A stretch of 64,000 nucleotides of DNA from Alphaproteobacteria bacterium (GCA_009927055.1 RFNS01000177.1:29794-93793), one strand, 5' to 3'; shown: positions 48,836 to 58,647, counted from the stretch's first letter. The notes: generated by a model not told the origin, from the letters alone. Translations and numbers: made by a program.

Positions 48836-49581
48836 GGTGTTTCAGACAGTGTATGATGCAAAAGTTGCAGCAGTTTTTCTTCCTCTGGTTGTGCCGGAGT
48901 CAGGACCTTTTGCCAAGCCAGCACGCCTGCCGCCCTAGCCACAGCCGGTGAAAGACAAAACGCCATCATCCCCCTGCATTGTTGTTGCTGATGAATGGCC
49001 GAAAGCCCGCGCACCAGCGCCTCGGCCGTGCGCGCCGAATACAGCAGCACAGCCTGCCACGGCGGTTGGGCCCACAGCGTGATCATCTCATCATCCCATT
49101 CTGTCACCATTGTGGCCGAATAGACAGGCCATGTGTGCACGATATGATTTTTTTCCTGAAGGCTGGTCAACGGCTCGGCCGTGCGATGCTCGCCCCCTAC
49201 CCACAAAAAATGTCTTGGCGCAGAATATGTTGCCACAATTTTTTTGGCTAAAACGTCACCATCCTCTGCGATGGCTGCGATGTTTTTGAATCCGGCCGCG
49301 GCCGCCGCCTCGGCCGTTTTTTGCCCCACAATATAACAAGGCACCTCGCATAAATCGTGCGGCGGGTGCCAAAAACAAAAACTGTTCTGACTGGTGATGA
49401 TGATGGCATCAGCGCGCACACCTTCTGGCCTTGGCGCATGGGTGGGGGCAAGGTGCAGCAGCGGCTGATGATACACCACAAAGCCGCGCTGTTTCAGCGC
49501 ATCGATGGTGCTGGCCGCCGCGGGCATGGGCCGCGTCAACAGCACACCCTTTGCGCTGGCGTTCATCAGGGTGTCCACCAC
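48832..49581 (-). CDS. hemD: Uroporphyrinogen-III synthase
   Basis: About 250 aa, ...GVLLTRP... start, position immediately after hemC with overlapping stop/start. Confidence 0.6.
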   Translation of the reverse strand: MVDTLMNASAKGVLLTRPMPAAASTIDALKQRGFVVYHQPLLHLAPTHAPRPEGVRADAIIITSQNSFCFWHPPHDLCEVPCYIVGQKTAEAAAAAGFKNIAAIAEDGDVLAKKIVATYSAPRHFLWVGGEHRTAEPLTSLQEKNHIVHTWPVYSATMVTEWDDEMITLWAQPPWQAVLLYSARTAEALVRGLSAIHQQQQCRGMMAFCLSPAVARAAGVLAWQKVLTPAQPEEEKLLQLLHHTLSETP

Positions 49582-50507
49582 GGCGCTTTGGCCAGCATAT
49601 CGTGCGCGAGGTGACGGCCCAGATTCGCCGCCTCGTGGCGGGGGGCAGCCCTTGTCTCACGCAGCTGATGTGTACCATCCACCGACGCCACAAAACCTGT
49701 CAGGGTTATCTGATCACCCTCCAGCGTCGCCAGGCCGCCAATGGGGGTCTGGCAACTGCCGTTCAAAGCCGCCACAAAAGCACGCTCGGCCGCCACGCAC
49801 ACCGCCGTTTCGGCATGATTAATCTCTGCCATCATCGCGGCGATATCTTCATCGCTTTCCCTGATCTCCATCGCGATGACCCCCTGGCCCACTGCCGGCA
49901 CCATCTGATTAACAGGAATAATGCTGGTCACGCGATCGATATGCCCAAGGCGGGCCAGCCCCGCATACGCCATAACGGCCGCCGGCACCTGCCCGCGCCA
50001 CAACTTCTCCAGCCGCGTGTCGACATTGCCGCGCAATGGCACCACCTGCAGATCGGGCCGCATGGCCAAAAGTTGTGCCTTGCGCCGCACGCTGGCTGTG
50101 CCCACCACACTGCCTTGCGGCAGCTGATCAAGGGTGGCGGCAAAGGGCGATAAAAACGCATCGCGCGCATCGTGCCGGGGCAGATAGGCGGCCAGCGTTA
50201 ATCCCTTGGGTGAAAAATTCTCCATATCCTTCAGAGAATGCACAGCAATATCGATCACATTGCTCTGGAGGGCCTGCTGAAGTTCTTTGGCAAAAAGCCC
50301 CTTGTGCCCGCCCATATGTGTTAAGCATTGCTCGCCCTGATCGGGCCGCCATTCGCCCGAGGTGCTGATGGGCACAAGCTTCATCGCCGCCTCATGCGCC
50401 AGCCCCGGCACCGCCGCACGCAGGGCAGACATGCATTCGGCCGCCATGGTTTGGGCCAAAAGACTGGGGCGCGTGCCCACACGAAGGGGGAATCTGGAAA
50501 AAGTCAT
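49566..50507 (-). CDS. hemC: Hydroxymethylbilane synthase (porphobilinogen deaminase)
   Basis: LRVGTRPSLLAQ..., LRGNVDTRLEKL, dipyrromethane cofactor Cys region. Confidence 0.85.
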   Translation of the reverse strand: MTFSRFPLRVGTRPSLLAQTMAAECMSALRAAVPGLAHEAAMKLVPISTSGEWRPDQGEQCLTHMGGHKGLFAKELQQALQSNVIDIAVHSLKDMENFSPKGLTLAAYLPRHDARDAFLSPFAATLDQLPQGSVVGTASVRRKAQLLAMRPDLQVVPLRGNVDTRLEKLWRGQVPAAVMAYAGLARLGHIDRVTSIIPVNQMVPAVGQGVIAMEIRESDEDIAAMMAEINHAETAVCVAAERAFVAALNGSCQTPIGGLATLEGDQITLTGFVASVDGTHQLRETRAAPRHEAANLGRHLAHDMLAKAPWWTP

Positions 50508-50968
50508 GTGAAAGAATATTTCTTAACAGAGATTAGGGAGGGATCAAAACCGTCGTGGCATGGAAAAACTGAAAATCCTGCGACAATAGAAGCCCATCAT
50601 TATCGGTCGTGTCTTGTTTACCTAAGCCAGCCTGTCCATCTGCCGGCCTCTGTTTTCTGAGCTGCTGGTATTTTCTTTGCTATTTTTGTTCTGTCTGTGC
50701 TGCGTGGCCGGTTTTTCGGGCGGTTCGCTGGCGCGTTTGGTCATGGGCACGGCCTGATGCGGCACGGCCTGAAAAAGCTGCTGCTGAGGCTGTTGCTGCT
50801 GCAAGGGCAGGTTTTGAGCCTGCGGCGGCGGTGTGATCTGGTTAATGTGCATTTATCCATCCCCTGAAAAATTAACAATAAAAAATAATCTGTGCGCCTA
50901 TAATTCTAACATTAATTGCGTGAAGGGAACCTTAACCAATAAGAGGTGAGATAAGGCAGCAAAACGAC

Positions 50969-52117
50969 GTGGAAATGCAACACATTAGCCCCTCACAGAT
51001 GAATCAGCTGCTCGCGCTGGCGCGTGATAATTCGGGCACGGGGCGTCGTCACCTTGTTTCTGAAATTTCGTCGCACTTTTTGCCCGATCATGTGCGCCTG
51101 TCTGATCGCGAGATTGAACTGCTTCACGCCATTGTCGATGAACTGATCAGGTCGGGCGATACAACCGTCAAGCGCGATCTGGCCGAATGCGCGGCGATCA
51201 GCGCCAAAATTTCGCGCCACACGCTGCTGATGCTGGTGGCCGATCGCATTGACGTGGCCGAACCTGTTTTATCGAAATCAAAAAAACTGAGCGATGATGA
51301 CTTAGTGCGTGTGATTGCCGAGCATGGGCGCGATCATGCCAAAGCCATTGCCACGCGCGAAAGCATCAGCGCGGCGGTTGTGGATGCGCTGGTGATCACG
51401 GGCGATGTGGACGTGATGACCATGGTGGCCAAAAATCTTGGCGCCGTTATTTCAGATGACGCCATGCGCATCATGACCGAAGCCGCCCGCTTTGCCGAGC
51501 AGTTGCGGGGCCCCATTTCAGCGCGGCCAGAACTGAAACCAGAGCAGGCCACGCAAATTTACTGGTGGCTGTCGGGCGATATGCGCCGCAGTTTGCTGAA
51601 GCGTTTTGGGCTGAACCCCCATCAATCTGAGCAGGCGCTGCAAAACACCATTGAAGAACTTTTGGCCCACCACCAGCTGGCCAAAACCGATGATGCGGCG
51701 ATGAATCAGGTGGCCGATTGGCTGCTGGAGCGCGAAGCGGTGAACCCCAAAAGCCTGACACAGGTGCTGCGCCTGGGTTTTTTCCGGCTGTTCAACATTC
51801 TTATGGCGCGCATCACGGCCCTGCCGCAAAATGCTGTTGATACGGTTGTGCTTGAATCGGGCGGGCGCTCGCTTGCGGCGCTGTGCAAGGCGCTGGGGGC
51901 CGATAAACCGTGCTTTGTGTCTATTTTTCTTCTCTCGCGCGGCAGCAGGCCCGGCGAGCAGATTGTGCACCCGCGCGAGCTTTCAATGGCCATCGCCGCG
52001 TTCGATCGCGTGACACCCACCATCGCCCAGCAATTGCTGCAAACCTGGCGCCGCGACCCCAGTTATTTGTTGCGCAGCCAAGATACGTTGACCGACGTGG
52101 AAACCGCGGCGCGATAG
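50969..52117 (+). CDS. DUF2336-family protein (alphaproteobacterial, repeat-rich helical)
   Basis: 382 aa helical protein resembling DUF2336 by length and repetitive leucine-rich helices (from memory). Confidence 0.45.
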   Translation: MEMQHISPSQMNQLLALARDNSGTGRRHLVSEISSHFLPDHVRLSDREIELLHAIVDELIRSGDTTVKRDLAECAAISAKISRHTLLMLVADRIDVAEPVLSKSKKLSDDDLVRVIAEHGRDHAKAIATRESISAAVVDALVITGDVDVMTMVAKNLGAVISDDAMRIMTEAARFAEQLRGPISARPELKPEQATQIYWWLSGDMRRSLLKRFGLNPHQSEQALQNTIEELLAHHQLAKTDDAAMNQVADWLLEREAVNPKSLTQVLRLGFFRLFNILMARITALPQNAVDTVVLESGGRSLAALCKALGADKPCFVSIFLLSRGSRPGEQIVHPRELSMAIAAFDRVTPTIAQQLLQTWRRDPSYLLRSQDTLTDVETAAR

Positions 52118-52132
52118 TCGATAAAACCTTTA

Positions 52133-52897
52133 TCAACTGCGTTGCACGAACCAGAATCCCCTATCCCAAACAATATGACTTGGCGTCAAACCAAGCGATG
52201 GCGCGTCATCCTTCAATCTCTCAAAGAGTTCCTTACTTGCGCCTGTAATCATGACGGCTGGTACAGTCTGACGCTTTAATTCAAATCTGCTTTTAGCATA
52301 TCTAAACGCCCTCATCATCAGATGATCCCGTCTATCCACCACTTTGATTAAGCCTATCCCTTGATAATCAAAGCCCGACAAAATCCCATGGCTGGCCCTT
52401 ATCTTCTCAACAATGCTGTCTTTAAGAGGACGAAGCCCTCCGATAGACTCATGACCATCTTGAAAAACTAATATCGTCTCAAAATTTTCTGATGGCGGCA
52501 GCCTGCGCAGAACTGGAGATTTTTTCAGTTGGTCAACAAACCTTTCTAAACTTCTATCTTCACGACGAGCTTCAAGTGTATATGCCCCTGAAAACACACT
52601 GACATCACTTAAAATACTGACCGCGCGAAAGAGATTTTTGTCATCGGTACGCTGCGCCATCTCCAGCACAGCGTTTCCATAACGAGCAAACGGCCATAGA
52701 AATGGTTTTAACGCTTCATAAATTCCTTTTTTTCCTTCTGCCCCGCGTAACAGCGGCAAATGATGTGTGATAAGATTTGCCATACGATCATTGATATTTG
52801 CATGAATATTTGCCTGCAACAGGGCATTGGCCACAACGTCACACGCCCATGCAATTGTGCCGGCGCTGTGCCCACCTAAGAGATTATTGTCTGACAT
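52133..52897 (-). CDS. Hypothetical protein, low-GC (possible degraded hydrolase remnant)
   Basis: 254-aa ORF in AT-rich patch; GGHSAG (GxSxG-like) at residues 8-13, too N-terminal for an intact alpha/beta hydrolase. Confidence 0.35.
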   Translation of the reverse strand: MSDNNLLGGHSAGTIAWACDVVANALLQANIHANINDRMANLITHHLPLLRGAEGKKGIYEALKPFLWPFARYGNAVLEMAQRTDDKNLFRAVSILSDVSVFSGAYTLEARREDRSLERFVDQLKKSPVLRRLPPSENFETILVFQDGHESIGGLRPLKDSIVEKIRASHGILSGFDYQGIGLIKVVDRRDHLMMRAFRYAKSRFELKRQTVPAVMITGASKELFERLKDDAPSLGLTPSHIVWDRGFWFVQRS

Positions 52898-52967
52898 TTT
52901 TTATCCACTCTGTTTACGATGAAGGAAACGCAAAATAATTATCCTTACAAACAATAAAGTCAACCCA

Positions 52968-54389
52968 CTAAAACCCACTCGCAATACGTTCTACCAGCTG
53001 TTTCACGGTGGGGATGAAGCCGTTCGAGTAAAACGGATCGCGCGCAAAGCGATAGGCGTTGTGGCCGCTGAACATCAGGTTATCATTCACGCTGCCATCG
53101 TGGCTGATGTTTTGCAGCGTTTTTTGAATACAGAAACTGCGCGGATCAGGCTTGCGGCCTGTGCTGTTCCCCTCGTGCTGCGACCAGTTGGAAAAATGAC
53201 ACGCCGACAGGCACCCCATGCACCCGCCCTGATCGGCCAGAATTTGTTTGGCGTTTTCAGGCGTCACAAAAATAAGGGTTTGGTCGGGGGTGTGCAGCGC
53301 TTTGCTGAAACCCTGTGCGCGCCATTCAAACATGCGGGCTTCATCGGCCGGCGTGATGTAAACAGGCTTGCCCACGGCCGAAATTTGATAAGGCTGGGTA
53401 TGTTCGCCCACCGCTTCGGGCACATAGGCGATTTGCCGTTCGCTGCGCGCAATCAAATCCTGCAAGAAATCATTCCGCACGGCCGACGAATAAAAACCGG
53501 TGGGCGAGAATTTGTTCAAAAACACATCGCCTTCTTTCAGCGTCAGCAATTTTTCTTTCCACGCGTTGCTGATGGGACTTTCCTGCGTGACCAGCGGGCG
53601 CGTGCCAAACTGAAACGCGATGGGGCCAATTTCTGGGTTATCCAGCCACTTTTCCCATTCCGAAACCCACCACACCCCCCCCGCCATCACAATGGGCGTA
53701 TCGTGCAGGCCCACCTCTTTCATATAATCACGCAAGGCTTTCACACGCGGATAGGGGTCTTGCGGCACATCTGGGTCTTCGCTGTTCGACAAACCGTTGT
53801 GGCCGCCGGCGCGCCACGGGTCTTCATACACCACGGCGCCCAGCTTATCGCTGACCTTATGAAAAGCGCGCAGCCAAAGTGCACGAAACGCCCGCGCCGA
53901 CGACACAATGGGGTAATAATGCACGTTAAATCTGGCCGCAATTTCAGCCAGCTTATAGGGCATGCCGGCCCCACAGGTAATACCATGAATAAGCCCCTTG
54001 GCGCCTTCTAATATACCATGAAGCACACGCTCGGCCCCGCCCATTTCCCACAACACGTTCATGTGAATGCGACCCTGGCCACTGGCAATATCCCACGCCT
54101 TGCGCGCCTGGGTAATGCCGCCTTGAATGGCGTATTTTATCAGCTCTTCGTGCCGCGCCTTGCGATCTTTGCCATGATAGATTTGGGGGATGATGCGCCC
54201 CTGCTCATCATAACTGTCGGCGTTCACGCCCGAAAACGTGCCCACGCCACCCGCCGCCGCCCAAGCCCCCGTGCTGGCCCCATTGCTGATGGAAATACCC
54301 TTGCCACCTTCGATAAGAGGAAGCACCTCTTTACCAGAGATCACCAACGATTTTAATGCTTTCATAGGTGTATTTATGGCGGGATTCAT
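52968..54389 (-). CDS. Nitronate monooxygenase / 2-nitropropane dioxygenase-like FMN-dependent oxidoreductase (long form)
   Basis: TIM-barrel NMO motifs (...PIVMAGGV... , GGITQ...) with C-terminal CMGCLSAC cluster; about 473 aa. Confidence 0.65.
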   Translation of the reverse strand: MNPAINTPMKALKSLVISGKEVLPLIEGGKGISISNGASTGAWAAAGGVGTFSGVNADSYDEQGRIIPQIYHGKDRKARHEELIKYAIQGGITQARKAWDIASGQGRIHMNVLWEMGGAERVLHGILEGAKGLIHGITCGAGMPYKLAEIAARFNVHYYPIVSSARAFRALWLRAFHKVSDKLGAVVYEDPWRAGGHNGLSNSEDPDVPQDPYPRVKALRDYMKEVGLHDTPIVMAGGVWWVSEWEKWLDNPEIGPIAFQFGTRPLVTQESPISNAWKEKLLTLKEGDVFLNKFSPTGFYSSAVRNDFLQDLIARSERQIAYVPEAVGEHTQPYQISAVGKPVYITPADEARMFEWRAQGFSKALHTPDQTLIFVTPENAKQILADQGGCMGCLSACHFSNWSQHEGNSTGRKPDPRSFCIQKTLQNISHDGSVNDNLMFSGHNAYRFARDPFYSNGFIPTVKQLVERIASGF

Positions 54390-54406
54390 GGCGCATGACA
54401 ACCGCG

Positions 54407-54693
54407 CTATAAATGTCTTTCAAAATCCATGTGACCGTGCAAAACGCGAACAACAATAATATTTTTCCCCTGCTTTTTATAAAAAACAACGTGCGAACCG
54501 ACAAGGCGCCGATAATATCCCAGCCGCACATCAGCGCACGATTGCCCAAGAGAGGGATGTTGATGAACCCGCGTCATGTCATCGACAATCCTTGTGACAT
54601 ATTCTTCGGCCTGTTGCAGTCCCCACTATTGGGCTGTGTAATCCCATATCTGGCTTAAATCATCTTCTGCTTTGGGCGTGAGCGAAGGGCCAT
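54407..54693 (-). pseudogene. parE: parE-like toxin gene, inactivated by 1-nt deletion near start and an in-frame TAG (amber) stop
   Basis: ATG overlapping parD stop (TAATGG) gives MALRSRPKQKMI* in frame 1. Frame 3 reads ...LTPKAEDDLSQIWDYTAQ-TAG-WGLQQAEEYVTRIVDDMTRVHQHPSLGQSCADVRLGYYRRLVGSHVVFYKKQGKNIIVVRVLHGHMDFERHL, collinear with Caulobacter ParE1; the TAG sits where the conserved Arg of the (Q)RWG motif would be. Confidence 0.7.
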
Positions 54694-54932
54694 TATTTTT
54701 TCTTGCGTTTTTTGGCGATAAATTGATGCGCATTAAAACGCACAGGTTTGCCGCTTTCTTCCCCCTCAATCAGGGCGGCGCGCAAAGCACCAAGGCGTAT
54801 TTCCTGATCTTCCAGAAGGCGCAACCCCGCCCGCACAACATCGCTGGCCGAACCGAAACGTCCCGCCGAAACCTGCTGCTGAATAAATGCCGCGAAGTGA
54901 TCGCCAATCGTGATTGATGTGTTTTTGGACAT
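54693..54932 (-). CDS. parD: ParD-family type II antitoxin (ParD1-like)
   Basis: MSKNTSITIGDHFAAFIQQQVSAGRFGSASDVVRAGLRLLEDQEIRLGALRAALIEGEESG... closely matches ParD1/COG3609 antitoxins. Confidence 0.8.
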   Translation of the reverse strand: MSKNTSITIGDHFAAFIQQQVSAGRFGSASDVVRAGLRLLEDQEIRLGALRAALIEGEESGKPVRFNAHQFIAKKRKKK

Positions 54933-55044
54933 TGCCCCCTCTGTCTTTGCACAAAGTACCAAAAAGTACCATAACATGGTATCTTTGGCAAGGGCTGTTT
55001 GCATAAATATTTTCTTGACCTTGGTTCAAATTATTCCGCATAAT

Positions 55045-55122
55045 GTGGGTGTGAGCACGCTTTTACCCCTTCTTCTCCTGCGACTGCTGCGCAGTGTTTT
55101 GCTGCCCCTTGGGGCGCGATAA
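55045..55122 (+). promoter_or_regulatory. Candidate leucine-rich leader peptide (attenuator) upstream of leuA: (M)GVSTLLPLLLLRLLRSVLLPLGAR*
   Basis: In-frame GTG starts at 55045/55051; 11 Leu codons in 23; followed by GCCCCTTGGGGCGCG hairpin plus TAATTTTTAT about 60 nt before leuA ATG. Confidence 0.35.
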
Positions 55123-55182
55123 TTTTTATGGCCCTTGGCCACCCTCCAAAATATACCAACCATCAAACAGAGAGAAAAAAAC

Positions 55183-56739
55183 ATGTCTGCCACCCCTATT
55201 ATTATTTTTGATACCACCCTGCGTGATGGTGAACAATCGCCGGGCGCCGCCATGACGCTGGAGGAAAAAGTGCGCATTGCCCGCGTGCTGGATGAGTTGC
55301 GTGTGGATGTGGTCGAGGCCGGGTTCCCCATCGCCAGCGAGGGCGATTTTATGGCCGTGCAGGCGGTGGCGCGCGCATTGCAGCACGCCGTGCCTTGTGG
55401 TCTTGCCCGCGCTGCGAAAGCCGATATTGAACGCGCCGCGGAAGCACTGAAAGTATCGCCACGTTTTCGCATCCACACCTTCATCAGCACCTCGCCCCTG
55501 CATATGAAATTTAAGCTGCAGATGGAACCTGATCGTGTCTTGGAAAAAGTGAAAGAAAGTGTGGCACTGGCCCGCAAACTGACCGATGATGTAGAATGGT
55601 CTGCCGAAGATGCCAGCCGCACCGAGCATGATTTTTTATGTCGCTGTGTCGAAACGGCGATTAAGGCGGGTGCCCGCACCATCAATATTCCTGATACGGT
55701 GGGTTACAGCGTGCCCCAAGAATATGAGGCGTTGATCAACATGCTGGCCAACCGCGTGCCAAATATCGATCAGGCCATTCTCAGCACTCATTGTCATAAC
55801 GATCTTGGGCTGGCTGTCGCCAATTCGCTGTCAGGTGTTTTGGGTGGCGCGCGGCAGGTTGAGTGCACCCTGAATGGTCTTGGCGAGCGCGCGGGCAACG
55901 CCGCTCTGGAAGAAATTGTGATGGCCATGAAAACACGACCCGATTTTCTGCCCTATACCTGCAACATCCACACCGAGGTGATTACCAAAGCCAGTCGTTT
56001 GGTTTCCAGCATCACGGGTTTTGTGGTGCAGCCGAACAAAGCCATTGTGGGGGCCAACGCCTTTGCGCACGAAAGCGGCATTCATCAAGATGGCATGATT
56101 AAAAACAAACACACCTATGAAATTATGACGCCCGAAAGCGTGGGCCTGACCAAATCATCGCTCAAGCTTGGCAAACTGTCGGGGCGCAATGCGTTTAAGA
56201 CGAAACTGCATGAACTGGGCTATGACCTGGGCGACAACGCGCTGGAGGATGCCTTCAAACGCTTCAAAGATTTGGCCGATGCCAAGCGCGACATTTGGGA
56301 TGAAGATATTATCGCGCTGGTGGATGATGAAATGGCCCGCAGCATGGATCGCGCCAAATTTGTGGGGCTTGAATTGCGCGCCGGCACGCGCGGCCCCGCC
56401 GAAGCCACGATGGAGATTGACGTGGATGGCGCCGTGCGCGCCACCAAAGCCTTTGGCAACGGGCCGGTCGATGCCATTTTTAACGCGGTGAGTGATTTGC
56501 TGCCCCACGATGGCAAACTGATTTTATTTCAGATTGGGGCCATCACCACAGGGGCCGATGCACAGGCCGAAGTGACCGTGAGGCTGGAAGAAAACGGCCG
56601 CACCGTGAACGGCCAGGGCACCGACCACGATACCATGGTGGCCGCCGCACGCGCCTATATTCACGCTGTCAACAAACTGGCCATCAAGCGCCAGAAAAGC
56701 GAACCACCAGTGTTGACCGAAAAAATGCGGGCGGTGTGA
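55183..56739 (+). CDS. leuA: 2-isopropylmalate synthase
   Basis: [15 protein letters not shown]..., HxH motif ([11 protein letters not shown]), C-terminal LeuA dimerisation/regulatory domain; alternative upstream ATG 55135. Confidence 0.85.
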   Translation: MSATPIIIFDTTLRDGEQSPGAAMTLEEKVRIARVLDELRVDVVEAGFPIASEGDFMAVQAVARALQHAVPCGLARAAKADIERAAEALKVSPRFRIHTFISTSPLHMKFKLQMEPDRVLEKVKESVALARKLTDDVEWSAEDASRTEHDFLCRCVETAIKAGARTINIPDTVGYSVPQEYEALINMLANRVPNIDQAILSTHCHNDLGLAVANSLSGVLGGARQVECTLNGLGERAGNAALEEIVMAMKTRPDFLPYTCNIHTEVITKASRLVSSITGFVVQPNKAIVGANAFAHESGIHQDGMIKNKHTYEIMTPESVGLTKSSLKLGKLSGRNAFKTKLHELGYDLGDNALEDAFKRFKDLADAKRDIWDEDIIALVDDEMARSMDRAKFVGLELRAGTRGPAEATMEIDVDGAVRATKAFGNGPVDAIFNAVSDLLPHDGKLILFQIGAITTGADAQAEVTVRLEENGRTVNGQGTDHDTMVAAARAYIHAVNKLAIKRQKSEPPVLTEKMRAV

Positions 56740-56743
56740 TTAT

Positions 56744-57013
56744 CTATCGCCGCTCTGTCAGTTTTTCATTCAACCAATATTTGATCAGCGACTGATAAGG
56801 AATATCGCGTTTATTGGCGGCTATTTTAATCGACTCCAGCAAACTGAGCGGCAGTCGCAAAGAAATCGCCGTGGTCGTGGGTTTCAGATTGGGCATGCGT
56901 GTGCGTTTGGCTTTTGACCAGTCGAAATAATCGGTTGAATCGTGCTTCTCCCAAAAGCGTCTTTCCGCCGCTTCGCTGGAGAATTTTGGCACCGTCTTAA
57001 GTTTTTTCGTCAT
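56744..57013 (-). CDS. brnA: BrnA antitoxin (type II TA, RHH/CopG-like)
   Basis: MTKKLKTVPKFSSEAAERRFWEKHDSTDYFDWSKAKRTRMPNLKPTTTAISLRLPLSLLESIKIAANKRDIPYQSLIKYWLNEKL matches BrnA family. Confidence 0.75.
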   Translation of the reverse strand: MTKKLKTVPKFSSEAAERRFWEKHDSTDYFDWSKAKRTRMPNLKPTTTAISLRLPLSLLESIKIAANKRDIPYQSLIKYWLNEKLTERR

Positions 57014-57299
57014 AAATCGCACGCTCCTTCCGGTGCATAGGTCTGGCTGAGATGATACGCAAAAGTGTTTTATTTTTCCGCAATGTAAAGGTAAGGTGCA
57101 ACCGTTTACCTTCATCTGTCTGACCGAGAGCATGAAACCTTTCTTCGTTAGCGCTATGTATCACATCAGTGCCCACAACTAACGGTTCATTCAGCATCAC
57201 TTCCTCAGCTTCTCTGGATGTAATACCGTGCTTCTGCCAGTTTTTGCTGACATTTCCGGCATCCCTGTTAAACCCTCGTACATTCTCCCAATCGATCAT
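56997..57299 (-). CDS. brnT: BrnT toxin (DUF497/RelE-fold ribonuclease)
   Basis: MIDWENVRGFNRDAGNVSKNWQKHGITSREAEEV... ...RIISARPMHRKERAIYDE; toxin-first order overlapping brnA by 17 nt. Confidence 0.7.
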   Translation of the reverse strand: MIDWENVRGFNRDAGNVSKNWQKHGITSREAEEVMLNEPLVVGTDVIHSANEERFHALGQTDEGKRLHLTFTLRKNKTLLRIISARPMHRKERAIYDEKT

Positions 57300-57334
57300 A
57301 AGTTGTATATGATGAAAATATACCTAAAACAAGG

Positions 57335-57802
57335 TTAAAACGGTATCTCATCATCCAAATCGCGGGGGGCGTTGCGACTGTTGTCTGATAAGCTGCCGGC
57401 ATCGCCGCCAAAATCATCATTCGCACCAAGGGTGCCGCCACCACCGCCACCACGACTATCCAGCAAAGTCAGCTCGCCCCTGTAGGGGCGCAGCACCACT
57501 TCGGTGGAATATTTTTCTTGGCCACTTTGGTCGGTCCATTTGCGGGTTTCTAGCTGGCCTTCAATGTAAACCTTGCTGCCTTTTTTCAAATATTTTTCAA
57601 CAATCCCCACCAAGTTATCATTCAACACCGAAATGCGATGCCACTCGGTGCGCTCTTTTTTCTCGCCGGATGCTTTGTCTTTCCAGCTTTCCGACGTGGC
57701 GATAGAAAAACTGGCCACGCGCCCGCCGTTGTTAAAGGCCCGAATTTCAGGATCGCGCCCCAGATTGCCCACCAGAATCACTTTATTCACACTGCCTGCC
57801 AT
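57335..57802 (-). CDS. ssb: Single-stranded DNA-binding protein
   Basis: [21 protein letters not shown]... OB fold, Gly-rich linker, C-terminal acidic tail DDEIPF. Confidence 0.85.
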   Translation of the reverse strand: MAGSVNKVILVGNLGRDPEIRAFNNGGRVASFSIATSESWKDKASGEKKERTEWHRISVLNDNLVGIVEKYLKKGSKVYIEGQLETRKWTDQSGQEKYSTEVVLRPYRGELTLLDSRGGGGGGTLGANDDFGGDAGSLSDNSRNAPRDLDDEIPF

Positions 57803-57992
57803 GGTTGTCTCCCTGTTTGTTTCTGGCCCAAGCACAGCACAGTTTGTGGGCAAAATCCAATGGTGGTTAAGACCCCTTTACCCAACAAGTTGTGGATATT
57901 TTTGGCCGTCAGCAAGTTCCTATGAAATTAATAAACATTTAGACAAATGATGGTGAAATGATAACATATTCACTGAACCATAGGGGGAAGAG

Positions 57993-58118
57993 ATGGCAAG
58001 AACTGATTTATCGCAAGTGAATGCAAATATGGGTGCGATACCACCTACCCCGCAAATGACTGGCGCAGGACAACCTCCCCAACCTAGCGCAATACCAGAT
58101 CAACAACCGCAACCTTAG
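57993..58118 (+). CDS. Candidate small ORF (41 aa, Pro/Gln-rich) with strong GGGGGAAG RBS
   Basis: MARTDLSQVNANMGAIPPTPQMTGAGQPPQPSAIPDQQPQP*; AT-rich spacer between ssb and gpt. Confidence 0.25.
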   Translation: MARTDLSQVNANMGAIPPTPQMTGAGQPPQPSAIPDQQPQP

Positions 58119-58162
58119 TTCATCTATACGGAATCTGATTGCAGCCCAGCTTCAGATGACTT

Positions 58163-58609
58163 CTACAAATCCCACGGGAAATCAATCCACGTATCTTGTG
58201 ATACTTCAGTAATAAACGTATCCACCAACGGGCGGCCAGCGGGCTTGGCATAAACGGTGGCCAAGTGTGCGGCAGGCAGCCGCTGGCGTATCAAGCGCGC
58301 GGTGGCCCCTGTATCCACCAAATCATCCACCACCACAAAGCCTGCGCCATCGCCCACAAAACTGGCCACGGGTTTAAGCACCTGCAACGCGCCCTGCTGC
58401 TGCCCTTCATAACTGGCAATGCACAGCGTTTCGATGGTGCGAATGTTCAACTCGCGCGCTACAATGGCCGCAGGGGCGAGGCCCCCGCGCGTAATGGCCA
58501 CCAGGCCATTCCACGGCCCGCGCTCCATCAGCCGCCAGGCCAGCGCGCGCGTATCGCGGTGCAAATCGGCCCAACTGACAGGAAAACGTTTATGTTCAGA
58601 TTTAGTCAT
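58163..58609 (-). CDS. gpt: Xanthine-guanine phosphoribosyltransferase
   Basis: 148 aa, PRPP-binding motif [12 protein letters not shown]. Confidence 0.8.
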   Translation of the reverse strand: MTKSEHKRFPVSWADLHRDTRALAWRLMERGPWNGLVAITRGGLAPAAIVARELNIRTIETLCIASYEGQQQGALQVLKPVASFVGDGAGFVVVDDLVDTGATARLIRQRLPAAHLATVYAKPAGRPLVDTFITEVSQDTWIDFPWDL

Positions 58610-58647
58610 GGTTGACCTTTGATGATGATCACTTCATGTACCAAAGG

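Noticed and set aside
50622-50852. 76-aa Gln/Pro-rich minus-strand ORF in the hemC / DUF2336 divergent spacer
   Set aside because: Low-complexity, in a promoter region; only a weak RBS-like GGGGA; insufficient support to call a gene.
52133-52897. Functional lipase/esterase call from GGHSAG motif
   Set aside because: Motif lies at residues 8-13 with no room upstream for the preceding beta-strands; cannot be an intact alpha/beta hydrolase.
53061-54011. 316-aa plus-strand ORF
   Set aside because: Antisense shadow of the nitronate monooxygenase-like gene.
55135-55182. Upstream ATG (55135) as leuA start
   Set aside because: The [18 protein letters not shown] start at 55183 matches LeuA N-termini and has a purine-rich RBS; the upstream extension is unsupported but cannot be excluded.
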